Below are positions 49,568 to 61,695 of a stretch of DNA of 64,000 nucleotides, one piece after another (position 1 is the first letter of the stretch; each line of letters opens with the position of its first letter). The DNA comes from Sarea resinae (Eukaryota): contig JAPEUD010000002.1 in the NCBI GenBank assembly GCA_026026165.1, positions 310,001 through 374,000 on the forward strand, in the 5' to 3' direction. The notes under the pieces are model-generated. The model saw only the letters and a list, made by a program, of their open reading frames with translations. It was not told the DNA's origin and did no database searches. Both the position numbers and the translations under genes were made by a program.

Positions 49568-50593
49568 GGTAATACGCGCGCCGTATTAGGGGCAGGGTTG
49601 TCTCTTAATTTGAAGATTTAGCTTTGCTGCGTCCGCTGGAGTCTAGAGTTTGGCGTCAACGTCTTACCTTATGTAGCACATAGCTGTGTAGGAACCACTA
49701 GATCCTCAACCAAAGTTTGGTCCCTCTACCTGTAGTCCCTTTAACCCTTCCTGTATGCTTTAGTCGACTTCTTTTGGTGTTTCTTGGTAATATCCCTGTA
49801 TATAACAGTCTGTTTATTGCTTAAGATTAGAATGATTTTCTTTAGACTTGTTATTATATAGCTCCTTATAATCTGTCTTCTCTGTAATATTAAGTCTTTT
49901 GCCTCTCTTATACTCTTAGTCTTAGGCTTATCTTTATCCTTAGGTAATCTTGTTATCCTCTTCTGCTGTATTAGCAGCTAGTGTATTCTTAATTCTAAGA
50001 CAGAAGTCTAGACTTAAGCAGTCTCTCCTAGTTAGTATATAGTATTAGCTTTGCTTTTCTTTTTTCTTAAGCCAGGTGTGAGCCAGATATAAGCTAGTTA
50101 GGAGCTGGCTTAATTTAAGAGCCCTAGGGTGCATCACGTATTCGATATATAGTGACTGATATCTGATATCTGCATGACCAATGGCGTTCCTCGTGCGTCA
50201 GGCATCAGTAGTATGCCATGGTATAAGCTGTATAGATAGATCCGACCATCGTTCTAGTAAAATGAAACAGATTGAAAAGCAATAAAGATGCTTACAAAAC
50301 GAGAGGTGGTGCTCGAGAGACAGGAAGTGCAGGGAAGGGCTTTATCAATGACGTGACTCGACGTCTGGTTGCGAGTGAATGAGGAGCACATTGCCGGTGG
50401 GGAAGCCAATAGCTTATGGCCGTGAATGCTAGGGAAGTGAATGCGGCAACCAGGAAGCCAAGTGTGTCAGCAGCTCAATCAATCCAAAAATGCTGGCAAA
50501 TAATAGAAGAGGAAGCAAATAGATAATTGTCTATGTTCTATCAATGTGTTTTTTGCATCTACCCTCCATATGGTACCTAACTGGCCCACATAC

Positions 50594-51948
50594 TCACTCA
50601 TCCTCTCCCATTTCCAGCACAACCTTCAACACCAGATTCCCCTGCGCATCCACCGTCTTGCCAGCCATCTCGAAAGCCTCTGGTGCATTTTCGAGGCCCT
50701 TGTATCGATGCGTAACCAGCTTCTCAAGATCCAGTGCGCCTGGACCCTTCTTCGATACAAGCTCGATGCCTCGCTCGTACGCATGTTTCCCGTATCGGAA
50801 TACACCCACGAGGTCGACTTCTCTTAGAGCAGCGGCAGAAATGGGAAGGGTTTGCACAGGCGTGCCCATGCCTATCAGCATTATGCGGCCGCCTGGGCGG
50901 GTTGCCTGGTTGACGTAAGTCATCTGAAATAGAAAAAGAAGGTGGTGCGTAAGAGAGACATACGTAGATGGCAGCTTGGAGGCACGACTCTTGGCCAGTG
51001 CATTCAAAAACAGCATCTACCTCTCCAATAGTACCCCCTGTCTCGTTTTCTACTTTACCCACCGAGGCAGCAATTTCCCTCGCAGTCTCGAGCTTCTGCT
51101 CTACAGTCTCTCCTCGTTTCCGTGGTACGACAAGTCCCCGGCGCGCAAATCCATTCTTGACAGCAAAATCAACACGGCCTTGGTCAATATCTGCAATAAC
51201 AACCGTACTTGATCCAATCAGTGTTGTCGTAGCTGCGCAGAGCAAGCCCACTGCTCCGGCCCCAAATACGAGGACTGTGCTATTTGGAGCCAATTGAGCC
51301 CGCTGAGATGCGTGAATTGCTACGCCGAGGGGTTCTAGAAGACTGCCGAGAGCCAGAGATACATTTTCAGGAAGCCTGGATCCTCATATTAGTCTGTGTG
51401 ATGCATCGAGAAATCATAGATCTCAGTCTCACTTATAGCACCAAGCTGCGGGATGGTTTATTCTTTCCTGTAACGTCCCTTGGAAGTGCGGAAAAGATTT
51501 GGCTGAGCTCCTGAAACTCATCCCTTTGCATATATTGTACCTCCCTTCGGCGCATCGCTCGCATTTCCCACATGGAAGCCCAACTTCCAAAGCCACTTTG
51601 TCTCCAATTTGAAAATTTGAGACCGCCGAGCCGACGTTTGTGACCACACCCGCAGACTCGTGGCCTAGGGACATGGGCTCACGGACAATAATATCGCCAT
51701 TACGGTAGTGGTGGTAATAATGAAGATCTGAGCCGCACAGTCCCGTCGATTGGATCGACACTTGAATCTCGTCAGGGCCAGGCGCGCCTAGGGTTCTGCT
51801 TTCCTTTGCACGTCTCATAAGTGCTGTTCTACGGCAATGTATTCTCTGGCATGCTCACTATTCGCAGATTCCCTGCACCATGAAGCACAGAAGCCTTGAT
51901 CGTGCGAGGCACGCCCGATGCTGTCGATTCGACACTCGACGGCGACAT
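50594..51948 (-). CDS. Zn-dependent medium-chain dehydrogenase (sorbitol DH family), likely L-idonate 5-dehydrogenase-like. Exons 51948-51859, 51803-51433, 51375-50964, 50905-50594
   Basis: GLCGSDLH, GHESAG, structural Zn CGKCERC...C, GAGAVG, VFECTG, GVFRY. Has FRSSAKSFPHFQGTLQ rather than the FAATPP of canonical SDH/XDH. Confidence 0.88.
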
Positions 51949-52134
51949 CTCCCGGGTCTCTTACTCTGCTGAACGGAAGGAGTCAGGGGGCTCAATGACT
52001 ATGGAGCTGTATTTGCTTTATTTTGGCAGACGTTCTACTTCAGTATGTGCAGAAGAGGGCCTGAGATCTTCGAAACATTTCGGAGTTCAACTTTGAGAGT
52101 CGAACCATCCTGATTGTCACGCTCCAAACCGTTT

Positions 52135-52310
52135 CCCCAGGAAATGCGGAGGGGCACTGCGGCGGTCTTCCGAGACGCACGGACGGATCGAGAGCGGCTC
52201 GGTCAGACAATCCTCCGAAAAGCGAGAGTCGTGATGACTGTTCCATGGGAACCAAAACTTCATTTCCATTCGATCGATCTCCAGCTCTCGACCGCTTTTC
52301 CACCTCCAGC
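52135..52310. promoter_or_regulatory. Cluster of CreA-type SYGGRG sites and CGG triplets in the divergent promoter
   Basis: CCCCAG (52135-52140) and GCGGAG (52146-52151) form a divergent pair, with CTCCAG near 52279 and 52305 and several CGG/CCG triplets. Confidence 0.4.
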
Positions 52311-52731
52311 TGTCTTCTATAATTGCAGGATCAAAGCAACAGCACTCATGATCGTTCGGAGCCGCAATGCAGCGAGCCTCCCAACCACCACATGGACCGA
52401 GCGTGTACGGTAAGAGGAGAATAATACTATCATGAGCCATTCGAGAATTGTAGCTGTAGTATGAGATGTGATTGCTGGCTGCCTCAACGGAGCATATCGC
52501 GGCGAGTTGCAAATTCGCTGCGTGATTATGTGCTCAAACTCACCCGATTCGATATACTATCGACGCAAGGGACGACGACCAGGGACATCATTGTCATTGG
52601 CGGACCCAACACTTCCGTATCACCACCCTCTACCCCTCAACTGCAGGCGCATATTATATGGGTTTATCTTTCGCCAGTCGGACTCGGTTCCAAATGTCCA
52701 AGTAACACCTACCCGCTTTCTTGAAATCACC

Positions 52732-53643
52732 ATGACCTCAATACAGCAACTCTTCTCCCTCGAAGGGCAAACCGCCCTTGCAACGGGCGGGACTCGGGGC
52801 ATTGGCCAAGCAATGGCTCTGGCATTAGCGGAAGCTGGCGCAGATGTCATACTAATTCAGGTCCGCCTCTTACTTGCTTTACGATCAAGGTCGAAACATA
52901 TTTCTCGATGCTGAAGCCTGTGAATCCGCAAAACAGAGGGACGCCTCCAACACCTCAACTAAGGAAGCTATCGAGGCGCTCGGCCGAAAGGCGACGATCT
53001 ATGTTGCGGATCTCAGTTCGCACAGTTCCATTAGCAAAATAACGCCTGCTATCCTCGCAGACGGTCATAAAATCGACATCCTGCTGAATTGCGCGGGCAT
53101 CCAGCGCAGACATCCAAGCCATGAATTCCCAGACGCCGATTGGAATGATGTCCATCTCTCCACTTCCTCCCTCTGGCGCTCCTAGCTAATTTAGATCAGG
53201 TCCTCCAAGTCAATCTCACCTCCGTCTTCACCCTCGCCCGTGACGTAGGCGCGCAAATGCTTGCCCGCGATCCGGATTCCTCAGGACGAAGAGGCAGCAT
53301 CATAAATGTAGCGTCGCTCCTCTCTTTCCAAGGTGGGCTCCTTGTGCCTGCCTACGCCGCCTCGAAGGGAGGAGTGGCGCAACTCACAAAGGCACTATCG
53401 AATGAATGGGCCGGGAAAGGTATCACCGTGAATGCCATTGCGCCAGGTTACATAGCTACGGAGATGAACACGGCACTGATTCAGGATCAAGTGCGTGCAA
53501 AGAGCATCTTAGAGCGGATCCCGGCCGGGAGGTGGGGGGAGCCGGAGGATTTCAAGGGAGCCGTGGTTTTCTTGGCGGCGAAGGCGAGTGCATATGTCTC
53601 TGGGGAGGTGTTGACGGTTGATGGCGGATGGATGGCAAGATGA
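52732..53643 (+). CDS. Short-chain dehydrogenase/reductase, KduD/IdnO (2-deoxy-D-gluconate 3-DH / 5-keto-gluconate reductase)-like, 3 exons
   Basis: [78 protein letters not shown]. Confidence 0.92.
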
Positions 53644-56586
53644 GTGGAGATGGAATTCGGGACGCCTACCTCTATTTCCCTCTAAAAGCCTTCGAATACC
53701 CTTCGAAGCCATTTTCGAAGGACTTGCTACTTTACTCATGACAACCCTCGCAATGTTCAAGCTACCAAAGTCGGGTCGTGCCTCACATACCCCGCCGCAC
53801 AGACCATGCAATAAAGGATTTCCCGACCCCAAACCACTATCGCGGAAAGACTGTCTTTCCCCTCCCACCCGTTCGCTTACCGCCGACCCAGTGCCCAGTG
53901 AGAGGTTGGATTCGAACCCTAAGACCCTGAGACTGTCAGGTCTTCAGAGGGCCAGACTCTGTCTCCTACCGCAAAAGAGGCCATGTAACTCAATCCGTAG
54001 TTCTCCGATACGTTTGAACTGTCATTCTTGCTAGATAACAAGTTGGAATGGCACCTGGTGCACTTGCTATCATTAGATTGGTCACTTGTCTATCTATGCT
54101 TAGGTAGGTCTGTCTCACGTTGAGTATTGGCCGTATTCAACATTCGCCTTTTTAAGCATTGCACTGCCAACTGCGTTGCTTTGGAGGCGTATGAAGGAAA
54201 AGGGTGTATACATTGAGATTGGACCACTCCTTGTGGTTGCGGCGCACACCCAAAACCCAGCCGAAACAGCCCCCAGCCAAACAAGGGACCGAAGGCCAGA
54301 TGCATCAGAACAACCCTGATCGAGTCTGCGCGCCAGTCTGCTCAGGATGCAACTGTCGACCGCTGGCTGGATGTAACCCAGATGCCACGCGATGTCAAGG
54401 AACATTACAGAGATAGGCTCAGCGTGATCGATGTGATCGGACAGTTATTAATTACTACAGCGTAACTAGGTGACCTTCCAGAAGACTGACAGAAGGGGAG
54501 CGTTTGGCCCCTGATTCGCGGAACAACACCGTTGGTGCTTGTCGGGGAATCTGATAGGTGCAACGGCCCACGACTAAGTGGAGACGCTTCACTATCGGCA
54601 AATTGGCCGCTTGCGGAGCATGAAAACGGTCTCGAGATTCTCAGATCTGGTCTGCGGAGTCGACGCTTTTACGGTCCGAACAGGTGCTCTAGGTCTAGTC
54701 GGGCAATCAGGGTAACGATGGAGATGATAGAGCACCTCTGAATAGGTCTAGACGGAAGCGATTCGTTCGTGAATGGTAGCTCCAATCTCGTTCTCGGATT
54801 GGCATGCTCTTCAGCACCGTGGGCCGGATTTCATATGAGATTTCCTCGTACATGCAGAGAAGATACTGTCGCAGCAGCCATCCATAGCCGTTTCATCATA
54901 TCGATTGACGGCCAGCCACAACGACGGTCAGATCCGTCTTTCACTACACGATGGACGGCAACAGCCAGCCGCTTGCGGTCCAAGGCGGCAGAGGCGCTTT
55001 GAGCCATTGGATTTCTCTCCCGAGCGTGCCCAGACTACTCTAAGGCATATTGGAAATCTCACCCGTCTGGTGTTGACTCGTCATGCTTGCCTTCGGAGTC
55101 GATGCTCGTCTGGCTCGCGTTCCAAGGGCACTCGGTTCGATGTCGTCTCGAATGCCCGAGGGCCCCTTGAACGCCACTCGGGTGTCTTAGGTAATGAATG
55201 GAACGGCAACATCAGCACAGAGCAAGAGAGAGAGGTAGGGTTGGCGATGCGACGCCCCGACATGTGGCTTAGCCTGGACAACCGAAACGTGTCAGAGAGA
55301 ATAACGATGGACGTTGCGATCACTTAATAAGGAAGGAAGCAAGATGGAAACTACCTCCCATACTACTCTACAGATTCAGGAGATTGTCGATGCGGCGCGG
55401 TTTTGCCATCCGAGATTGTTCCAGGATGACTCCCCGCATCGCTCGGCCGCTTTCGGATGTTTTGTCGGTCCCTGGAGGAGAGTCACCCACCATTGAGTTA
55501 ACCACCGATGAGGACGGAGTAGAGTAGAGTATTACCGAGGAGTCAATCGCGTGGCCACCACGGGGATCAAAGACAGGACGCGATATGAGGCCATCTGTGC
55601 TAAATGGTAGAGTGCATACCTAACGGGACACCCACGCTTTCCAGATTGCTGATATTCTAGCGTTGCGCTTGTCGAGACGGTCAAGTCGCGCCGGTTCCCC
55701 CATAGCTCGTGTGCGCTCGTGTGCCCTCGCGTGCCCTCGTCGGCTTCTCACCTCGGGATGCGCAAAGACGGCAAGCACCGTGATGATCTGGAGACCGTGG
55801 AGGACTAACGAAGTACCAAGTACGAATACCAGGCACTCAGGTCCTCGTAGTAGTGGACCTGGGGGCCCTTTCGCCTCGACACTTATCGCCGTGCGCTGCC
55901 TACCAGGTATTGTGCCAATTGCTCTCAGTGATTCTACGCTCGGAATGACCATGTATATGGAGCTCTACGGATCACGCCTGGCTCGACGACGGCTCTCCAG
56001 GGCTGTTCGAATACTAGCACCTCAGTCGAAGCATTCGCTCCACGGAGGACTGCCGAATGGCTGTGGCAGTTAGACCTTGGACCTTGTGGGCGCGGGGTCC
56101 ACTTGGTCCGGTCTGCGGACGCAAGGGTCTTCACCCCTCACACCACAAGGATAAACAAACCCCTGCCCACACGCCAGTCTTCTCTCCTTCCATCTGCGTG
56201 CGAACTTGCCATGGGCAGAACCTGCAGGGTTGGTAGCTCGACCGTCGCTGCTTCTGGTGCCTCTAGAAACGGCCAGATCACTACTCGTTGAGGTAAAAGT
56301 CATGGCATCATGCAGCCCATCAGAGAGCGATGCCATGCATGGCCTAACGTTACGCAGTGCTAACCGTTGCCATCCATCGCTATCAGATAGCCCCCTGTTG
56401 CGTTGCCGTGAGGAGCCATCGAAGGCTCGCTCGGAAGCTCCATCGTTCAATCGTTCAGACCACCCGCTTGCTCATCCGCTCGGATAAAACCCACGAGGTG
56501 TCGCTCCGCTATATTGGGTCGACGTCCTTTTGCTCTACCTCTGCGGTCATTATCGAATCTCACCGCATCGCAGCTCGTCCGTCAAG

Positions 56587-58470
56587 ATGTCACTGGGCAA
56601 GGGGTCGAACGATCTGGTGTTGACCGTGTCAAATACACAGTCAGAGGAAATCCCGGGAACTGCGCTTGAGTTCGCCGACGAGAATGGAGGCCAGAGAATA
56701 TTGTTGCCTCATCCGACCAAGGACCCCAACGACCCATTGGTAAGGCAGCCATCTACCTGGCGATATGCCATCTGAACCTTCTATATTGTTCACGGGTTTC
56801 GGCTGGACGAAAAAGCTAATGATCTCAGAATTGGAGCGCGTTCGAGAAATATACGACCTTCATAACAATATGTTGCTTCTCTTGGCTTGCGACGGTGAAC
56901 AGCACATCTCTCACCGTCGCCACCGTTCCTCTAGTCAAAGAATTCCACCAGAGCATCACGCGTACCTCCTTCCTCACCGTCTTCAATACGCTTCTGCTCG
57001 GCGTCGGCAATTTGTTTTGGGTCCCATTGATGAAGGTCATCGGAAAGCGGCCTGTGTACCTCATGGCCTTACCTCTCGTCATCGCATTCAACTTCTGGAG
57101 CTTCAAGGCCACGAGCTATAATTCGCTACTGGCAGCCCGTATCTTGTCCGGTTTCGCCTGCGCTGCCGCAGATGCTACCGCGCCGCAAGTTGTGGCCGAT
57201 CTGTTCTTCACACACGAAAGAGGCCACTGCATGATGATCTTCCACTTTGCGCTCAGTGCGGGCATCTTCGTTGGGCCATTGTTGAATGCGTATATTGTAC
57301 AATATGCTGGCTGGAGATGGTGCTGCATGTTCATGGGTACGCTAGCCGCCGTCATCTTCGTCGTCGCCATCTTCACCATTCACGAAACGAGCTATGACCG
57401 CGAACTCGCCGACGAGACACTACCGGTCGAAGCGTACGCGCCAAAGAAGACCTGGATCCAATCGCTGTCTCTTACCGCGGGATACGACCCGCGCGGCTCC
57501 TTCTTCAAGACCTTCTACCAGACCATCATGCTAGTCTTCTACCCGTCGGTCCCACTCGCCGGCCTCACAATCGGCTCCTTCATCGGCTGGTCAATCGTTG
57601 TCCAACTCACCTCCTCGCGCACCTTCACCAAGCCCCCGTACGGCTGGAAAACGGGCTCGTTGGGCCTGCTCTCGCTGGCCGGTTTCATCGGCGCCATGTT
57701 TGCCTTCTTCGTCGGCGGCAAACTGATCGATTACATCGCGACCCGCTCCTCGCTCCGCAACCATGGCCGACGCGAGCCCGAGGCCCGATTGCCCGCTATG
57801 GTGATCCCGGCCTTCTTTGGGCCCATGGGCACGCTCATTTTCGGCCTCTGCGTTGCGCACAAGGTCAGCTGGGTGGGTGCGGCTTTTGGCTATGCGATGC
57901 AGGGTTTCGGTATCACGGCCGCGAGCAACGTCGCTGTGACTTATTGCGTGGACTCGTATCGTCCGGTATGTCGCAACATTCCCTTGTTCGAAGTGAGACA
58001 CCTGACTAACGCAAATGGTTCCTCATAGCTTGCGGGCGAAATCCTCGTCATCATTTTCGTGATCCGCAACTCCATTGGCTGTATCTGTTCCCTCTTTGCC
58101 GCCGACTGGGAAGCCGCGACCGGGATCCAGAACGTATGTTTCCCCTCTGTCCCTCTTCCCCCTTTCACCCTTTCACCCTTTCACCCTTTTCCTCGCCAAT
58201 GGGCCTCGCACACTCACACGCTCCTCTCCTATATCTTCATCACTTACATGTCTCTGTCTACGCTATTGTATTCCTCTATCATTCGAGGTATTCCAAGAAA
58301 AAGACTAACGTGGGCGTCCCCCAATCCAGAGTTTTGGCCAAATGACCGCCATTCAGTTCTTCATCCCGTCGTTGTTTATCTTCATCTACTTCTACGGCAA
58401 ACGCATCCGCATGTGGACGTCGTCGTGGGGTCCCATGGCTAGGGTCCAGCATTTGCGTCATGTGGACTGA
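56587..58470 (+). CDS. MFS transporter (HOL1/DHA1-like), 4 exons
   Basis: PHPTKDPNDPL|NWS, GKRPVYL, ADLFFTHERG, GWRW, IHETSY, EPEARL, YCVDSYRP, FYGKRIR. Confidence 0.9.
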
Positions 58471-60169
58471 CTCTTCTGCTCTATATCTTGTCTTCATTCA
58501 TTGTTTGTTCCTGGTAGATTTCAGCCAGAGCGAGAGGGGTTTCTTTTCTGGGAGGGTTTCGTCAAGGTTGAGTAAACTGAAATATAATATAGATTCGGGG
58601 GATGAAAAGACGAGAAGGATCCTATCAAATGGCTTCTTCTTTCCCTCTTTTCTGTTTCTTTCGGGGGCCCTTGGCTCGTTATGTATGTGATGTATATATG
58701 TATGTATGAGTGGGGGGCCATCTTGATCGAGCGAGCGTGCGAGTCAGCGAGCGAATGTGTTTCTTCTTTGGTATTGTTGCTGTCTTTCTTCTCATTGGAT
58801 TTCCTTCTTTGACCGGTAGACTTCATCGACATCTATTATCATTCTTCCTTCTATCATTCCCTCTCTTTCACACACACACTCTCTCTCCCTCCCTCTCTTT
58901 CTCTCACTCTCTTTTCCTTTCCCTCTCCTTTTCTCTCTACCTCTCTTCTTCTTACCCCTAAGTCGGCCTAGCCTGGCCTAGCCTGCTGAGCTCTCCGTCC
59001 CCTCTCCCCCTCCCTCCCTCTCTTTGTCGCTGTTTTGTCCAGGAAAAAAAGGATTCACCCTCCTTACCCGGTTGTCATACCTAGTTACCTAGTGAGTTGG
59101 CCTTATCCTTGGCCTGATCCTTGGGCTCTGGCTCTGGTTCTGGCTCTGAGCTTTGGGCTTTGGCTTTAAGCTTTAGCTTTGGATTTGGCTTTTCGAAGCC
59201 TGCTGCCTGCTGCTTCCTGAGCTGAGCTACCTAGGTTGGGTTAGTAGATTTATTGATTCGTTGAATACCTAGCTAGATTAGTAGATAAGATGATAGGAAT
59301 ATAGATGGATGATAGGAAAGCAGATGCATAAGAAGAGAATAGGAAATAAGAAAATAAGAAAAGGGATTCTTTAGGTTAGTTAGTGTTGTTATTAGAAGCG
59401 TGACTAGCCAAAGGCAGTAGAGAGAGAGATATATATATATACCGTGTACCTATATAAGGTATACAAGGTCTGTAAGGTTAGTATGTGATTTATGTGCTGT
59501 ACCTTAGACTGTGGGGCTGTATGTTGAAGGATATAGGCTGTGGACTGTAAGGTAGTGGTTTGTTAGAGTCGTCGTGATGTATAGTTAGGGGTAGGATAGA
59601 AAAGGGGTAGGTTAGGAGAGAGGCAGGGAGGTCAGCAGGCAGAAAGGGGTAGAGAGGTAATGTCGATAGTGGAATAAGCAGAGTCGCTTTTCTCTCTCTC
59701 TCTTTCTCTCTCTGTGTGTGTGTCTGGGTGTGGGAGGGAAAGAGAAGAGGTTTCTGGGTGGGACTTGTGGGATGTGTTTTTTGTAGTTGTAGGTTATTAG
59801 ATATTAGGATAGCTAAGGTCGGAGGAGAAGAGTTGTATAGCTGCGTGTTAGATAGAAAGAGGCTAGAGGAGGGGGGAGGGTAGGTAGGTAGGTAGAGAGG
59901 TAAGGAGGTAGGCAGTAGAATAGGCAGGATTACTTCTCTGTGTCTGTTCAGAGGGCAGGAGGTGTTAAGTGGAGGGTTTCTAGGTGATATTTATGGGATA
60001 GAATTATCTATGGTTCTAGATTCTAGGCAAATGGTCTGATTGAGGTACAAAAGAAGAAGAGAGAAGAGAAGAGAAGAGAAATGTGAGAATAGGCGTTGGT
60101 ATGTTTCTATATTTACAGAGACTGCGCGTCTTATTTTCTCTATATCTTCAAATCCTGCACGTCTGCTTT

Positions 60170-61335
60170 CTATAGCTGCGCCCTCTCCACCCTCCGGCCG
60201 ATCTCATCAAAGAAGATCTTCTTCCCCGACACGACGCTCTCCTGCAATGCGGCACAGATCTCGAGCACGCGGACGGCGGTGTCGAGTCGGAACGGCAAGG
60301 GCGTATCGTCGAGCACGGCGGCGGTGAACTCGTTGGCCTCGGTGACAAAGGCCTGCTCGAAGCGGCCGTAGTAGTTCTGCGGGATCTCGCGGCGCACGCC
60401 GCCGGGCTCGTGGAACTCGACCAGGTCCGTGGCCGGGGCCGCGTTGACGGCGATCTTGCCCTCGGTGCCGATAATCTCCGTCATGTCGTGCTGGCCGGCC
60501 GCCATGATGCGCGAGCAGTAAAAGTACGCCAGCTTGCCGCCCCAGAACTCGACGATGGCCACGCCGTTGTCGACGTCGCCGTGCGCGGCGAGCTCGGGCG
60601 CCGTGGCCCGGATCCCGATCGCCGTGCACGACTTGGGGATGCTGTCCTGGCCCAGGAACCAGAGCGCCAGGTCGACGTCGTGCAGCTGGCAGTCGACGAA
60701 GATGCCGCCCGATTTGGCGGCGTACTGGATGAAGAAGCCGGTCCGGTCCAGCTTGTCGCAGGTCTGGCTGCGCACGATGCAGGGCCGGCCGATGGCGCCG
60801 GAGTCGGTCTTCTCAAAGGCCCGGCGGTACGAGGCGTCGAAGCGCCGGGAGAAGCCGCAGAGGACTTTCAGGTGAGGCTTCGAGCGTGCGGCGTCGACGA
60901 CGGTTTGGGACTGCGAAGATGAATGTGAGTGTGAGGATTCGGGGTTGCATCTGGATTTGGGATTCGAGATAGATGAGGCTCTTCTTCTCTCGGGGACGCG
61001 GTACTCACCACCTCGACACTCGTCGATAACGGCTTCTCGCACAGCACATGCAAGTCCTTGTTGATGGCCTTGACCGCCTGTTCGGCGTGCACGGTGGTGA
61101 CGGTCGAGATGACGACGGCCTCGAGGCCGCCATGCTTGAGCATTTCATCATAGTCGGCGTAGAGGGTCACGCCAAAGGGCTCGAGGTGGTGTTTGGCCCA
61201 GGCCAGCTCGGCCGGATCGGGCGAGAAGGCGGCGACCAGCGTGGCTCGCGGGGTGCGGTTCAGGAAGTGCAGGGCGTGGCGGGTGCCCATGCGGCCGAGG
61301 CCCGCGACGGCGACCTTGAGGGTCCGGGGAGACAT
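60170..61335 (-). CDS. Gfo/Idh/MocA oxidoreductase, myo-/scyllo-inositol 2-dehydrogenase-like. Intron 61008-60911
   Basis: KVAVAGLGRMG, HVLCEKPLS, CGFSRRFDASY, SGGIFVDCQLHDVD, TEIIGTEG, RFEQAFVTE. Confidence 0.92.
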
Positions 61336-61695
61336 GGTGGAGGATGGAGGGTTGCTGTCGATGGAGAATCGACGGAAAGGGGCAGCAATGGCAGCAGGAA
61401 TGATCAGAGGTTGCAGTCTCACTCTTTCAACATCTACGACGAGTACAGCGTACTGCTCGAGAGTACTGAAGTAATTGCACGACGGCGATGCCGCGACTAA
61501 CACACGCGAGCATCGACCATTCCAGGCACCGGCGAGTCATGACGCTCGCTGCCCTTCACCGCCTCCCGTTAAGCGCACAGGGCGCACACAGGGCGCGCAC
61601 AGGGCCACAACACCACGGATGATCAACATGCCCGTCTCTGTCCTCTTCATTATCGTCTGCTCCTCTGCCACTCGCCACTTGACCACATCATCAGT

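Larger units (their letters stand above)
39880..50124. mobile_element. ~10-kb degenerate accessory island (TE and gene relics, RIP-like decay); boundaries approximate
   Basis: No long intact ORF. TpA/TAG-rich, CpA-poor patches, minus-strand frames broken by TAG/TAA, several internal paralogous segments, and an abrupt compositional change near 50120. Confidence 0.65.

Noticed and set aside
39880..50124. Starship or other tyrosine-recombinase element call
   Set aside because: No recognisable captain/DUF3435 recombinase motifs at either end.
50068..50127. Inverted repeat TTAAGCCAG/CTGGCTTAA followed by CTAG, as a Helitron 3' end
   Set aside because: The loop is ~28 nt, the stem is AT-rich, CTAG is not followed by T, and no Rep/helicase remnants are visible.
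54000..56500. Many short ORFs upstream of the MFS gene
   Set aside because: No motifs, codon bias or consistent splice pattern; treated as a long promoter or intergenic region.
58134..58328. Long MFS intron as a snoRNA host or stwintron
   Set aside because: No C/D or H/ACA boxes or nested splice signals found; the extra length comes from (CCTTTCAC)n low-complexity expansion.
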